The notes under the pieces: model-generated | What the model saw: only the letters and a program-made list of their open reading frames with translations | The model's database searches: none | Told to the model about the DNA's origin: nothing | Position numbers and translations under genes: made by a program | Source of the DNA: Octopus bimaculoides | Lineage: Eukaryota | Assembly (NCBI RefSeq): GCF_001194135.2 | Contig: NC_068989.1 | Coordinates: forward strand, 22,364,072 to 22,428,071 | DNA: 64,000 nt | Direction: 5' to 3' | In this document: positions 23,422-37,417 of the stretch, in pieces | Layout: every line of letters begins with the position of its first letter | Position numbering within the stretch: position 1 is the first letter of the stretch

Positions 23422-26400
23422 GGTGGTGGTGGTGGTGGTGATGATGATGGTGACCATGATGATGAGGGGGTGTTCCGGATGGTAATAAAAGAGGACACAG
23501 AGAAAATAGACAGCAAAGTAGATCCTGAAGATTTTCATTCAAGCATCCAGTAGATAATTTTATAACTCGTTTTCAAATGCCCAATAAGTAGCTGTCAACT
23601 CTTATTTTGTTCATTCATATTTATATTGCCTGGAGAAAGAAAAGACTATGTCTATCTGTGAGTGTGTATGTGTATGTGTGTGTGTATGTGTGTGTGTGTG
23701 TGCATATGTGTGGGAGGGGGTATTTAGGTAGGTAGGTAGGTAGGTAGGTAGGTACATACATAAATAACACACACAAATATATAGATATATATATTTATAT
23801 ATACATATATGTATATTCATCTGTACATACATAGACATAGGTGTCTTGTCGCTTTCCAACAGGTAGAAAACCTCACAAATGCACAGATGCAATAATCTAC
23901 GTAGGTGTGAGGAAGAGTAAATGTGGGGGCAATTGCTAAGAGATGCTAGACTAGAAGCAAGTAAACATGTGCCTCTGAGAGGCAACGTTGCAGGGTACCT
24001 CAACCAGATGTCTCCTAGGCAAGCAACATGGGCACAAAAAATTTTCTGTCGGAGAATATTTTGGCTGTGGTCAAGGTAGGCATATTGTTTAGAGAGAGAT
24101 GGATAAAGTAACTGAGGTAATCAGAGAATCATCATCATCATCATCATCATTTAAGTGTCCACTTTTGCATACTTGCATGGATTGGACACAGTTTATCAAG
24201 GCAGATTTTTTATGGTTAGACACCCTTCTTGTCACAAACCCTCACCTGTTTCCAAACAATAGTAGATAGATACCTATGTAGGAACCTTCAGCTGCACACT
24301 CACTCATGCACACAAATATGCATATAAACACATCTATATCTATATACATCTATATACACAACATATAGACATAAACACATAAACAAATACATATAAATAC
24401 ATATATATGCATATATACATGCGCAGGAAGGATGACCACTTAATACTCATGCACACATAGATGGACATACACAAACACAAAGACCATATATAAATGTATA
24501 CACACCTACCTATTTAATATACAAATTTAAATATACGTCCATACAAATAAATAGACAGTGGGGTATATACGAGATGTAGTCAAAAAGTATCTGACCTTTG
24601 GCCAAAAAACAAGTAATGTTAAAAAACTCGCCATTTTGATTTAGTCTCCTTGAAAGTATTCGCCTTGGGAGTCTACACACTTCTGCCAGCATTCCTGCCA
24701 TTGCTGGCAACGTTTCTGGAAATCAATTCTGGGGATACTATAAAGCTGTACCATTGAATTTTGCTTAATGCCCTTTGTTGACTCAAACCTCCCTTTGAGT
24801 GTTTTTTGAGCTTTGGGAATAGCCAAAAGTCACACAGAGCCAAGTCTGGGGAACAGGAAGCCTGACGAACAAGTGGTGTGTTTTGCTTGATGATGGAGGC
24901 TTGGACAACATGGGCAAATGCATTGTCATGGTGGAGTTGCCAGTTCTTTGCTACCCACAGGTTGGGTCATTTTCACCACACACCTTCACAAAGGCAACGA
25001 AGAACCTCTAGATAGTATTCTTTGTTAATTGTCTGGCCACAACGTGGCTCACTGTCCACTGAGGTGCGGCCTTTGAACTGGTTGTACCACCCCTTTATTT
25101 GTGTCTTTCCCATAGCATCATCTCCAAAGGCCTTCTGAATCTTCTTGGTAGGCTGGGCTTGCGTATCACCAAGTTTTTGGCAGTGTTTGATACAGTATCT
25201 TTGCTCAATGCACTCGGTCATCTTGACTCAAAAAGAAAAATCGCACAGCACACTCTTTACGTCTGTACTCAAAGCGCCACTGCGGGCAACCTACAGACAT
25301 GAAAATTTTTGCACATGCTCAGAAAGGATGTGACCACTTAATACCCATGAAGATTTTGCTCACACATTATTATTTTGTGCAAAAAAAATCAAGGTCAGAC
25401 ACTTTTTGACTACACCTCATATATATATATATATATGTATGTATCAGAATAAAGATGCATATACGCATGCATATATACTCACAGCTATACATTTAGGTAC
25501 AATATAGATATACATATATTAATAGAACAAGCATGCATACTGGTTCATATATAAGTGTATGGATATAAATGCTATAAAGTAAACACTTCAATTAGATTGA
25601 ATCAGCTAATCTTGATTACAAGAGCAGATTTAATGAATTATGTATAGTAATAAAAAGGAAATAATGTCTAAGATAGATGTAAACAGGAGTACATAGAAGT
25701 GTGAAGGTGTAGAATTACAGAATCATGAAATCATTATAGGGCAGCAGCTTCAATAATATGTAAAAAAAGGGTCAGGCATTAGATACGATAGACTGGAACA
25801 CAAGTATTTTACAAATAGAATGTCTACATTTGGTCTAATACATTATCTATTACTAAAATGAAACCAAATTATGGTTAACGAAGGTAGGGCATTATACATT
25901 TGTATTCATCAAGGTTAAATTTTATTAGTGTAAGCTTAATAATTAAGTGTAAAGTTAGGTATAGTTAACATATAGGGACTATTTAAATTTAAGGTGCTAA
26001 CATCAATGAAAGATATGCATTTTCACAAATAGCAGGATGTTTGCATATGATCCAGTATATTATCTACCACTAAGGTGAAAATAAATGATAATTAACAAGG
26101 TAGGGAATTATTCCATTGCATTGATACAAGTAGTAGAATGTTTGGATATGGTTTAATACATTATCAATTAAGGTAAGACTAAATTATGGTAAACTAAGGT
26201 AGAGAATTAGCTAACATATATGAACAATTTAAATATAGGTGATGGCATTAATGGGTGATAAGTATTTTTACAAATAGAATGTGTGAACATATTTCAATAC
26301 GTTATCCATTCCTAAGTGGGACAGCATTATAATTAACCAAGGTATAGAATTCATTCAAAGCATTAATCTAGGCTATGAAGTCTATTAGTGAAGATATAAT

Positions 26401-29400
26401 GATTAAATGTCAGGTTAGGTATGGCTTGAATGATTTATATTTAAGGTGCTGGTATCTTAATCAATTCATCATGCTGATTGATAATCCGCCCCCACCACCA
26501 CCACTTGTTTTTGCTTTTCTTGTTTCATTCATTAGACTGTGCCATGCTGGAGCACTGCTTTGAGGAAGCCTCTTTTTAAAGCCTGGTACTTATTCTTTCA
26601 ATCTCTTTTGCCAAATCACTAAGTTACAGGGACTTAAACACACCAGCACTGGTTGTCAAGCAGTCGGGGAGAGGGGGAACAAACACAGACATAAATGCAC
26701 ATGCACATACACACACACACACATACAATGGGCTTCTTTCACTTTCTGTCTACTAAATTCACTCACAAGACTTTGGTCAGCTTGATGCTATAGTAGATGA
26801 TGCCCAAGGGGCCATGCAGTGGGACTGAAACCAGAACCATGTGGTTCTTACCACACAGCCACACCTGCACCAAATAATATTCAATTTTACTTTATTAATA
26901 TGGAATGCCTCAGATACACAGAGCCCACACCAGCCTCTGCCACCTTTATATGGATGTGCATTATATAAAGAGACAAAGCAATTTTAAATTCAGTACCGTT
27001 ATCAGTGAGAGAATGTACAAATTTAGCTAGAAATGTATTATTAGACTTTTTTATATGTCTAAATGTAGATTTGTGATTATTCCAGTGAAACTCAAATGAG
27101 GAAGATGATGCATTAATGTAAACATGCTCTTTCCCAAGAGTAGTGATAGAGCACTTATATATATTTTCCCCTAAGGCATTGATTATTAATGGGACACAGC
27201 GATTTATTACATAGAGCAAAGTTACCTTGATTATTAGTGGGTATGATGAGTTCAGCTTCACTATTATTATTAATAGTACTTTCATTGGAATCAGGAATAT
27301 CAATATGTTGATTATTTGCAGTAGATATTGCATTGCAGTTATTTAGGTGACTAGAAGTTGCAATATTAGATGTGCTATCAGTTGCAGTAGCATTATGAGC
27401 CACACTGATTAATGTACTACACTTACATCCAGGTGTATATTCAGCAGTATTAGGCAGGTGAAGGTGCATGGCTCAATGGTTAGAGCACAGGACTCACAAT
27501 CATGTAGTAGTGAGTTTGATTCCGGGACTGGGTTGTGTGTTGTGTTCTTGAGCAAGACACTTTATTTCATGTTGCTCCAGTTAACTCAGCTGTAGAAATG
27601 AGTTGCGACGTCACTGGTGCCAAGCTGTATCGGCATTTGCCTTTCCCTTGGATAACATCAGTGGTGAGGAGAGGGGAGGCTAATATGCATGGGCAACTGT
27701 TGGTCTTCCATAAATAACCTTACCCAGACTTGTGCCTCAGAGGATAAACTTTCTAAGTGCAATCCCATGGTCATTCATGACTGAAGGGGGTCTTTACCCT
27801 TTATTAGATAGAGTATGCCAGTTTAGCCCTGTATCTATTGAAAATTTTATGATATGGACTAGATTTAGGGAATGAAGCATAGCAGAAAGCAAAAGACAAT
27901 ATCAAGTAACTAAAAGAGAATCTTTGTGTTAGGTATAATCAGTAAGGGAAGCAGCAGAAAGTAAGAGGCTTACAGAAGTTTTGTGAAAGGTGGATCAGAG
28001 GTCTGAAGTGTTCCAGATGTAAAGCAGTTTACCAATGTGAATTAAGACATCACTGAGGAAAGATGTTATAGGAATTATATTGGGCATTACCATTTCTTCC
28101 TGATTAAAAAAATATTAACCATGTTAAAGAAGTCTATTATTAGTTTAGTTTTAGATCCTCTGGCCATACTTTTATACAAAATAATGAGCTTTTCTAGCAT
28201 TTCTAGTTTCTTAGCTAATATCATCCTTCAGCATCTAGCTATCTCTACACTAATGACTTGTGTCTAAGGGGAATCTTGACGGAGTTGCAATACTCCAGAA
28301 AATAACTTGTAAGGTTTATTTTATACAATAGACAATACCATACATAAGGTTATCGAGGTGAGTTTAGCTCTCAGTTTGACATCTTTTTGAGAGTGTTGTG
28401 ATGGCAAGTCCTTTCCAACAGTACGCAAAGAAATTGTAATAAGAGAGAAGCCTATGCATTTTGTCAAGAGTTAAATTTAGTTAACAAGTATTGTGCCAGT
28501 GACCCACAAATTTGAAATTCTAACACATTTACAAGAGTGATGGGTTTATGAATAGTTTTATTGAATAAGATATTGTCATTTAGAATGTGTTTTGCAAATG
28601 AAGATGTTATCTGAGTTTGTGTCAATTAATGCCTTGACCTTTAAGTCAGTGGTAGAAGCACATATGAGATGGATGACTTTGGGTACTGAAGCAAGAGTAT
28701 TTAATAGCATGGTGTCTTTTTCTTAATTTTCTTGGAATGTGAACAATTTTAGTTGGTTATTAAAGGTGAGAGCAGCGATTCATTTAAAGGTGACATTTAG
28801 TTTATGATATGGTGAAAATTTGTTTTGCAAGACAAGTATTAACCCAATGCTCATTTTTATTATATATATGTTGCATAGAGAGTTCCTTGTAGGGTACATG
28901 TTTCATCTACAGTGTTGTTTTTTTTTACCACAGCAAAGACATTGTTTCTTCTTAAATACTGGAACTATGGAAGGCCCAGAGAGTGAGTGTACAATAATAT
29001 AGTATTGTCTTTTGCTAGTTCCATTATCATTGCCCTCTAATAAGAGTAGATTTTCTGTTGAGCCTTCATAACTTTTAAGGTGTCATCTAATAGCCTGGGA
29101 CTATGTGCTTGAGATGAATGCATCTGAGATGAGAAGACTGCTATGTGATGATGAATGCATCTGCTATGAGAAGACTGCTATGTTAGCCAGATATAAGGGG
29201 ACTAGTGTAATATTCCTTTGAGAGAAGTTTCAGAAAATTTTATGAAAGTAATCAATGCTTTATCCTTCTACTTGTTTCCTTGATCTAAATTTGTAACATT
29301 TTATTTTAACTGATGACTTCTTAGAAAATTTCATCTCCAATATATTAATTGCATCCTTGAACATAGAGTAATATTCTACTACAGGGAAGGTGGTTAAACT

Positions 29401-32400
29401 ACAAAGAAATTGAAGCCGACCGGTTCCTCATCTTTGGCAATTCTTGCCTTTTGTGAAACAAGAATTTTCAGTAAATAAATTATTCTTCTGCAGGGCCATT
29501 AAGAAGAACTTTCTTGAATAACTTCATGTCAATGATGACAAGATAGCAGCGGTCAAGAAATAAGGTGTACATATAAAATTTGTGCCAGCTGCTTTTAGTA
29601 AAACAGTTTTCTTGAAGATATTAAAGAATATTAGAAATGGAATATTCAGGTGAAAGAAAGGGAATAGATTGGATAAAACTGTCATAAACCATGACCAAAT
29701 ATAAATCTGTTCAGGAGACCTCTGTCTTGAGCCACTAAGGTCTCTTATATTGATGCACAACTATGAAAACCAGGTTTATGGACAGAGAAGAAATAACAAA
29801 GAAATAAGCACCTGGAGATTGATACAACAGCAGCAATGACAATATATGGAATATGTGGATTGACTATTAATGTGCGATGAACAATAGGGAGGGTTCAAAT
29901 ATATTTTTGAACTAAATTTATATATTTTATTCTATTCTCTTTCCTTCACCTGGATATTCCATTTCTAACACATTAAAATCCTCAAGAAACTTATTTTACC
30001 AAAACAACCCACTTACATAAGTGTGCACTATATGTCATATATACTACACACTGAGATACTATACAGTATAGTCAATACACAACACACTAACACTATACTG
30101 AGACATTAAATATCACCATCTGTTTATACACACTTACCATTTGAGCCACCATGAAACAATGTTTAAAATTGTGGAATGGAACATCAAAGTAATGCAAGTA
30201 GATTTCACAGAGCCAATTTTGCAGGGCACTCAGCTGGAAGTAAGAGGAACTTAATTAGCCTTCATCATTATCATTATTAGAAATATTTCAATATTAGAAA
30301 TGTTTCAATCACAAATTCATTACATTAAAACATTTTAGAAAATTAAAAATGATAATAATACAGAAAAGCAATTTTTAAAATGAAAAAAAAAAAAGGCAAG
30401 TTCTTCAAGAAATTCAAGAGATAACTGATCAACTCGAGGTTTCAATATTTTCTTTGACTAACAACAAGAATTAGGAGAAAACTGACAGGAAGACATGATA
30501 AAAGAGAAACATGAGTTCTTGACCAAAAATGTAAGTGTACATCATTTACTCAACATAGGGTACCTATTTATAGGGTTATTCTGACAATGTTGCAGTTGAT
30601 TAGCTTCCAAATCAACCCTACTTATGATCATAGAAGATTTTGGTTTTAATTTAACTGTTTACTGGCCATTCCAGATTGGTGGCAATGTTAGGATCCAAGT
30701 TTCAATGCAGGGGAAACAAAGGTAGAAAAGGGTTGCAGTGTCAGAGAAGGGAAATTGGAATAAAGTGAGAGGATGCAAGGAGAAGATAAATCAGGATGGG
30801 CTTAAATAGGGAAATAGGGGTGAGTTTAGACTGTCAGCTACTTTGGCAAAGAAGGGGAACATTATAACAATGATAGAAAAGACAGAAGGAGGTTACAATA
30901 TATTAATGGACCAGTGTGTGTGTGTGTGAGTGCATGCACGCATGCATGCATCATTGTAGCAGTTGCTGCTTCACTGTTTCAGATGTGATTTTTTTGGGCA
31001 ACAATAGCATGGGTTTATCAAAAGAGAGATGCTCTCCCAAATAGACTTCTGTTGTCTATCGATGGAAGAATATCAGAGCTATAGTTAGCCAGAATGGAAT
31101 TTGAATTCACTAACCCAGTAAAACTAAATGATATAACAACAATATATTTCTTTCTTGGAATATAAGGAGAAGAGAGACACCCCACTGCAAAACCATTTTA
31201 GTTTAGGGGTATCATTGAAGACTTAACTTTTGAGAGTAATAACAAGTATATCTGAACTGGTAGTAACATTGCATTTAACTTTTGAGTACTACATCTAGAA
31301 CAAACTAGCTATAAACATAGTAAGGACTGGATCCAGCATTGCTGCTTAGAATAGTAAACTAGACACCTTGCCCTCCCTATTGATAGCTACGTGGACTGGG
31401 TTATTTAGAGTCTTACCTACAGACATTGTGCAGCCGTACCAACTGTGATGTGCAAAATGCTCATTCTTCAGTTGATAATATGACCTTATGGTGATTAGAA
31501 TACTGAAAGCTCTTGATTTAAAACATGAGTAAGATTTTAGTAACCCCACTATGTTATCCATAGAATATTCTGGCAGAAACATGAACTCTGAATCTCTGCC
31601 ATAACTAGTCTCAAGGAGAAAGGAGGGTGGCAGGTATAGGATTAGAATCTATGAACTAACAATTTTCTACATTTCTACTGTAACACAGAGAACATACGAG
31701 ATTGGTCCTGTAGATGAATCAACATAGTGAAAGCCAAAAGAAAGAGCACTGGTTGGCAGCCACACCTGAGAACAACTGCAATTCATTACCAAAGATCAAA
31801 GCAGATGGGGATCTCTTGTCAGTGCCCTATGTTTCACTTGGGGTCAAAGGAATTATTGAAATGAACAAGCTCTCAATCCTTTATCCACAATGCCAGTGTC
31901 TCAAACAAAGCTTGATATGTAACTAAACACTGAGGTTAACTACCCAGAGACACAATTTGCACATATATCAGCAATTAAGTAAGGTATGATTGACCATGTA
32001 TATTAGCTTTATAATTAATATTATTTGAATTATGTTTCAGGCTCATTAGACCTCATCAACAAAGCAAATATTTCAGCAGATAAGTCTCGAGTTGTCTCCC
32101 ATACTTCTTGAAATTATTAAAATAGTATCTAGGCATGGTTATCTAGGCACATAATTATTTACAATTAGATTTTTAAGGCCTATTAAATTAAGTATGCTGA
32201 CACTAATTATTGTTAAATAAACTCTGAGATAGTTTTTCTATGGTTTACTGCAGAAAGTGGGATAGAGACCTTGATCTACATTATCTGTCTCAGAGTGGTG
32301 AGATTGGCAATATATATATATATGGTTGGTGTCATTTGGAACATCTGTAATTTGATGACATGCACAGAAGAACATGAGTGTGAAGGAAATTCCAGAAGGC

Positions 32401-35400
32401 TGAAACTATAGGAAGGATTGGGTATAGAGGTTAGTATGGGGCCTAGGGTGGTGAAAGAAGAATGAGAGGGACTTTGGAGGGTTTGAGTGGAGGGACATAT
32501 GTCACTAGCTGGATGTCTAGGCTGTGTCTGTGTGAAAGGCATATGTCACTAGCTGGGTATCTCGGGTGGGTCTGTAGAGGTGGGGGTATGTCACTAGTTG
32601 GGTCTGGGTGAAGCCTAGTATGTTACTAAATGGGTGTTTCAGTTGGGCTTGTGTTGTGAGGTGTATGTCACAAGCTGAAAATATTAAAGAGACCTGGGTA
32701 AAATAGTATAATACACTATGAGGGTATATCAGGTGCATCTGGGTGAAAGGAACAGTTTTGGAAGGGTTGGTATCAAAAGGTTAATATAATTTTCTCTTTT
32801 GTTCCAACTGTTTCATTTTTGAAGTTAGTTTTTGTTTTTAATACAATGCAATTAAATAAAGTTATTTCTGTTGTAGTTATAATCGGAAACTGAAATAAAT
32901 AAAAGCCATATTTACCGTGATGCCAAATTTGGAAAGAATATCCAATTCAATGAACATGGACTGCAATAAAAGCAACATTTCAGCTTCATCCCACTGCCAA
33001 TTATCAAATGAGGGTTCTTTGAGATAATCACTGACGCTTGAGCTAAACTGGGATTGTCTGAAATAGAGATGTATGTTGGTTACATCCTTTTATAAACTTT
33101 GATAAAATATACAAAGAATACATTGCAAGCCATGAAGTGTTATTCACTGTAGCTGAAGTTAAATGAACAGCACACTTGAAGACTTCTTCAGATCCTAGTA
33201 ATAATTTTTTCTGTTAAAGGTACAAGGCCTGAAATTTTGGGAGACAAGGCAAGTTGATTATATCAACCCCAGTGCTCAACTAGTATTTTAATTTATTGAC
33301 GCCAAAAGGATGAACGGCAAAGTCAACCTCTGCAGAATTTGAACTTGGAACATAATATAAAGTCAAAAGACACACTAAGCATTTTGCCTGGCATATTAAT
33401 GATTTCTGCCTGCTCACCACCTTTCAGAATCTAACAACAATAATAACTAATAACATAATTTTAGTCAGGAGAGAAAGCAGTGTTTATCACTCTCAAAGCA
33501 GAGACTTGATTTGAATGCTTGCTATAGAGTGGACTATGCTAAAAGCATTCAAAGTGCCAGGTAATGATATTAAACCAGGGGATGGATTGTCTAAGCCATG
33601 GCAGGATTTGAACTCAGAATGCAAAGAGCTGGATCAAATACTACAAGGCATTCAGTCCAATGTTGTTACAGCTCCAGCAACCATCATCCTGGATTGGTAC
33701 TTTATCACTCCCCACCACTCATCAAAAAAAGTCAAGTTAGTCTTCAGCAGGATTTGAATTCAGAGCGCTGTCACAACAAATACTTGCAACAGAATCCGTC
33801 TGACACTTTAACAACTCTGCCAGTTCAAAATTTAATTATTTTCAGGTTGTTTTTTTAATCAGTTTCCGCTTTTTTTTGTTTTGTTTTTTTTCTCAATTAG
33901 AATTTTTCTCCTTTTGGAATTTTATCAAAACGCAAAGCATTTAAAAAAATGCACCTGAAAATTTGACAAGAAAAAAAAAAAACACTGCAAAATATAAATT
34001 TTAAAAAAATTTTTCTTTTTCTTTTCTATTTCTTTGTTTCGTTTTTAATTAACTTCAATTTTGATCAAATTTTAGTTTTTAATTTTAGATTTTCCCATTT
34101 TCTTCTTGATTTTGATTTAGGAAATGAACACCAAAATGAAAAATGACTGGGAAAAAAGATGTCATTTCTGAATACAAGAGTAATTGTGAAGAACAAATAT
34201 CAATGCTAGATTATAGTAAAAAAAAAGTTTTCTCAGTTAACATCTTACTATCTTTAAAAATGAAGTCCACACATTTGATAATATAATCCCTCATACACAA
34301 TGATTTAAAAAATTGTGGGGGGGACAAGATGCCTAGTCATAGTTCAACTTGACCAATGGCTAAACAACAATAACATTAGTACAATACCATGCTATAAGCA
34401 ATAAACATATAGCTAATAATGAACAGTGCAAATGTCGTAGCATGGCCAAGAAGCTTACTACCCAATTATGTGATCTTAGGTTCAGTCCCACTGTGCGGCA
34501 CCTTGGGCAAGCAACTTTCCCATTATAGCTCCAGACTTTGTAAGTTGATTTGGTAGGCAGAAACTGAAAGATGCCCATTAGGCACACATGTGTGTGTATC
34601 TCTGTGTTGTCTTTGTTCCCCACCACCACTTGCAACTGGTGTTGGTTTGCTTACATCTCCTAAACTTAGCAGTTCAGCCAAAGAGGCTGAAAGAATAAGT
34701 ACCAGGCTTTAAAAAAAATTAGTACTGGAGACAATTTGTTCAATTAAAATCCTTGAAAATGGTGCCCCAGTATGACTGCTGTACAATGAGTGAAATAATT
34801 TAAAGATAAAAGATAAACAAAATAAGACACAATAAAAGAAATAATGCATTGTATCATATTAAATTTCCTAAATTATCTGCCTTCCTGAATATCTAAGTTA
34901 GAACTGGGTTTCTAACCTTGTTCAGACAACCTATACAGTCATTAATCTATTTATTAAATGTTTTCAGTTCAGTTTTAAAGCTTCTCAATTTATATAATCT
35001 ATACTTTCATAAATCATCTGTATTTGTGTCGAGTAATGAATTTAAGATAGCTGACAGGCAGAAGCCACTGCAGGAAGCCTCTCTAAATTGGTTGGAACCA
35101 GATACTGCTGATGATTATTTATAAAGATCTGAAGTAATAAATTTTAAACTACCATCAGTTGATATTCAGATAAATAAATGCTAAATAATGCTACAGAATT
35201 TTCTTTTCAAATGGCGTATTTAATGTGTAGGTGGAAAATGCTTAAATTATGCTGTAATCATTCAGAGATAAAGAACAAATTATTAAAACCTAAGGTTTCA
35301 TGTATAAAACACAAATTGACATTTGTGTTAGGAGAGATTCAAGTGGTTTCTCTAGATGTTTCTTTCAATTACATCTCATCATTGAATATTCCCATAATAA

Positions 35401-36781
35401 TCATAACAGATTAGCCTACAACTTTGCAATAGAAATATATCGAAAGAATTGTTTGCCATGGGTCACTATTTATGAGTTACTATTAAAAGCTGAAGCTGTG
35501 TGGACTAGTGGTTAAGGTGTTTGACTCAATGATCTGAGTTTGATTCCTGGACAGAGTAGCCTATTCTGTCCTTGAGCAGGACTCTTCATTTCATGTTGCT
35601 CGAATCTAATTATCTGTAATGAGTACTGCTTAAGTGTTGGTGCAGCCCTCTCTCCCTCAACCTTTCATATCCTGGACATTTCACTGAGTCAAGGATGAGG
35701 GAGCCAAGAAGGTGTCTATGTCTACTTGTTCTCCCAAAGTACAGCCAACTGTCACTCACATCACAAAACCTTTATTAACATCGACACAAGATTTAAAATT
35801 TGGAGAATGAGTCATAGCTATTTAAATTGACCCCGGCACTTAATTAATACTTTATTTTACTGACCCTGGAAGGATAGAAAACAAAGGTGACCTTAGCAGT
35901 ATTGGAACACAGAATGTAAAGAGCAGTAACCAAACCTCACAGCTGTTTGTTGGATGCTCTAACATTTCTGCCAATCCAATTCTGGCGTACACATTAGCAT
36001 TACGAGCACTACACAACACCCTTCAGTATTTCACCTCACTCAAGTCTAAGAGTAAACCTAAAATGGTTTGGCTTTGTATCTACCAACTGAAATGGAATAG
36101 TTTAGAAACTTAAATTTTCAAATATTCCATTGAGAGAATATTTGGGTCTAAGGTAATATTGTGGTGGGGTAGAGGCATAGTTTTAGAATGTTAAAGGGTA
36201 AAAATGAATGAAAGTCAGCCGTAAACACGCTAGCATTACAGAAACATGGCCCAACCATTGTCTAAGAGGCTGCTTACTACAAAAGTGTATGCAAACAGTT
36301 TTCAATGACACAAACCTCAAGAGGAAACTTAAGGAGATACTTAATGGGTGTGATATTTAATATGAAATTACATAATGATAATTTGATTTTAAAATTTATT
36401 GGCGCCAGTATAACTATGTAGTTAAGAAATTTGCTTTACAACAACATGGTTTTGAGTTCAATTTCACTTTACTTCACCTTTGGCAAAGTGTCATCTACTG
36501 TTGCCTTGGGATGACTAATAACTTGTGAGTTAAATTAGGTAGAAGGAAACTGCTGCATGATGTGTGTATGTGTGTGTGTGTGTATTCAAATATGAGTATG
36601 TATTTCAATTCTCTTATATAATGTCACTCCTGAATGGCATCTGATGTGAGATATCTCACTTATTTGACTTCCAGGTGTTTTAACACCAGGTGTATGAAGA
36701 AACTATATTCTGTTATGCCTATAAGTGCAGCCTACCCACGAACTTGTAAAACACATACCTTGAGTATGTGTGTGTTCAATA

Positions 36782-36871
<90 letters not shown>

Positions 36872-37340
36872 TCATCATCATCATAGTTTAACGTCCGTTT
36901 TCCATGCTGGCATGGGTTGGACGGTTTGACTGGGGACTGGCAAGCCAAGTGGCCACACCAGGCTCCAATCTGATCCGGCAATATTTCTACAGCTCGATGC
37001 CCTTCCAAATGCCAACTACTCCGAGATTGTAGTGGGTGCTTTTTACGTGCCACCGGCACAGGAACCAGTCAGGTGGCACTGGCATCGACATATATATATG
37101 TATAAATATATGTTTGCATATATGTATATATGTGTGAGTGTATGTATATACATGTATGTATACATATGTGTCTATATAGGCACAGTCATGGCTGTGTGTT
37201 TAGAAGCTTGCTTCCCAACCACATGGTTCCTGGTTCAGTCCCACTGCATGTCACCTTGAGCAAGTATCTTCTACTATACCCTCACACTGACCAATGATTT
37301 GTGAGTGGGTTTGGTAGATGGAAACTGAAAGAAGCGTGTC

Positions 37341-37417
<77 letters not shown>

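Noticed and set aside
25800-26460. Possible leucine-rich-repeat coding region
   Set aside because: Stops in all frames, no LxxLxL periodicity and no splice sites.
36040-36086. Candidate 47-nt minus-strand exon with good ag/gt sites
   Set aside because: Its length is not a multiple of 3 within a phase 2-2 junction, so it would frameshift; no PDE similarity.
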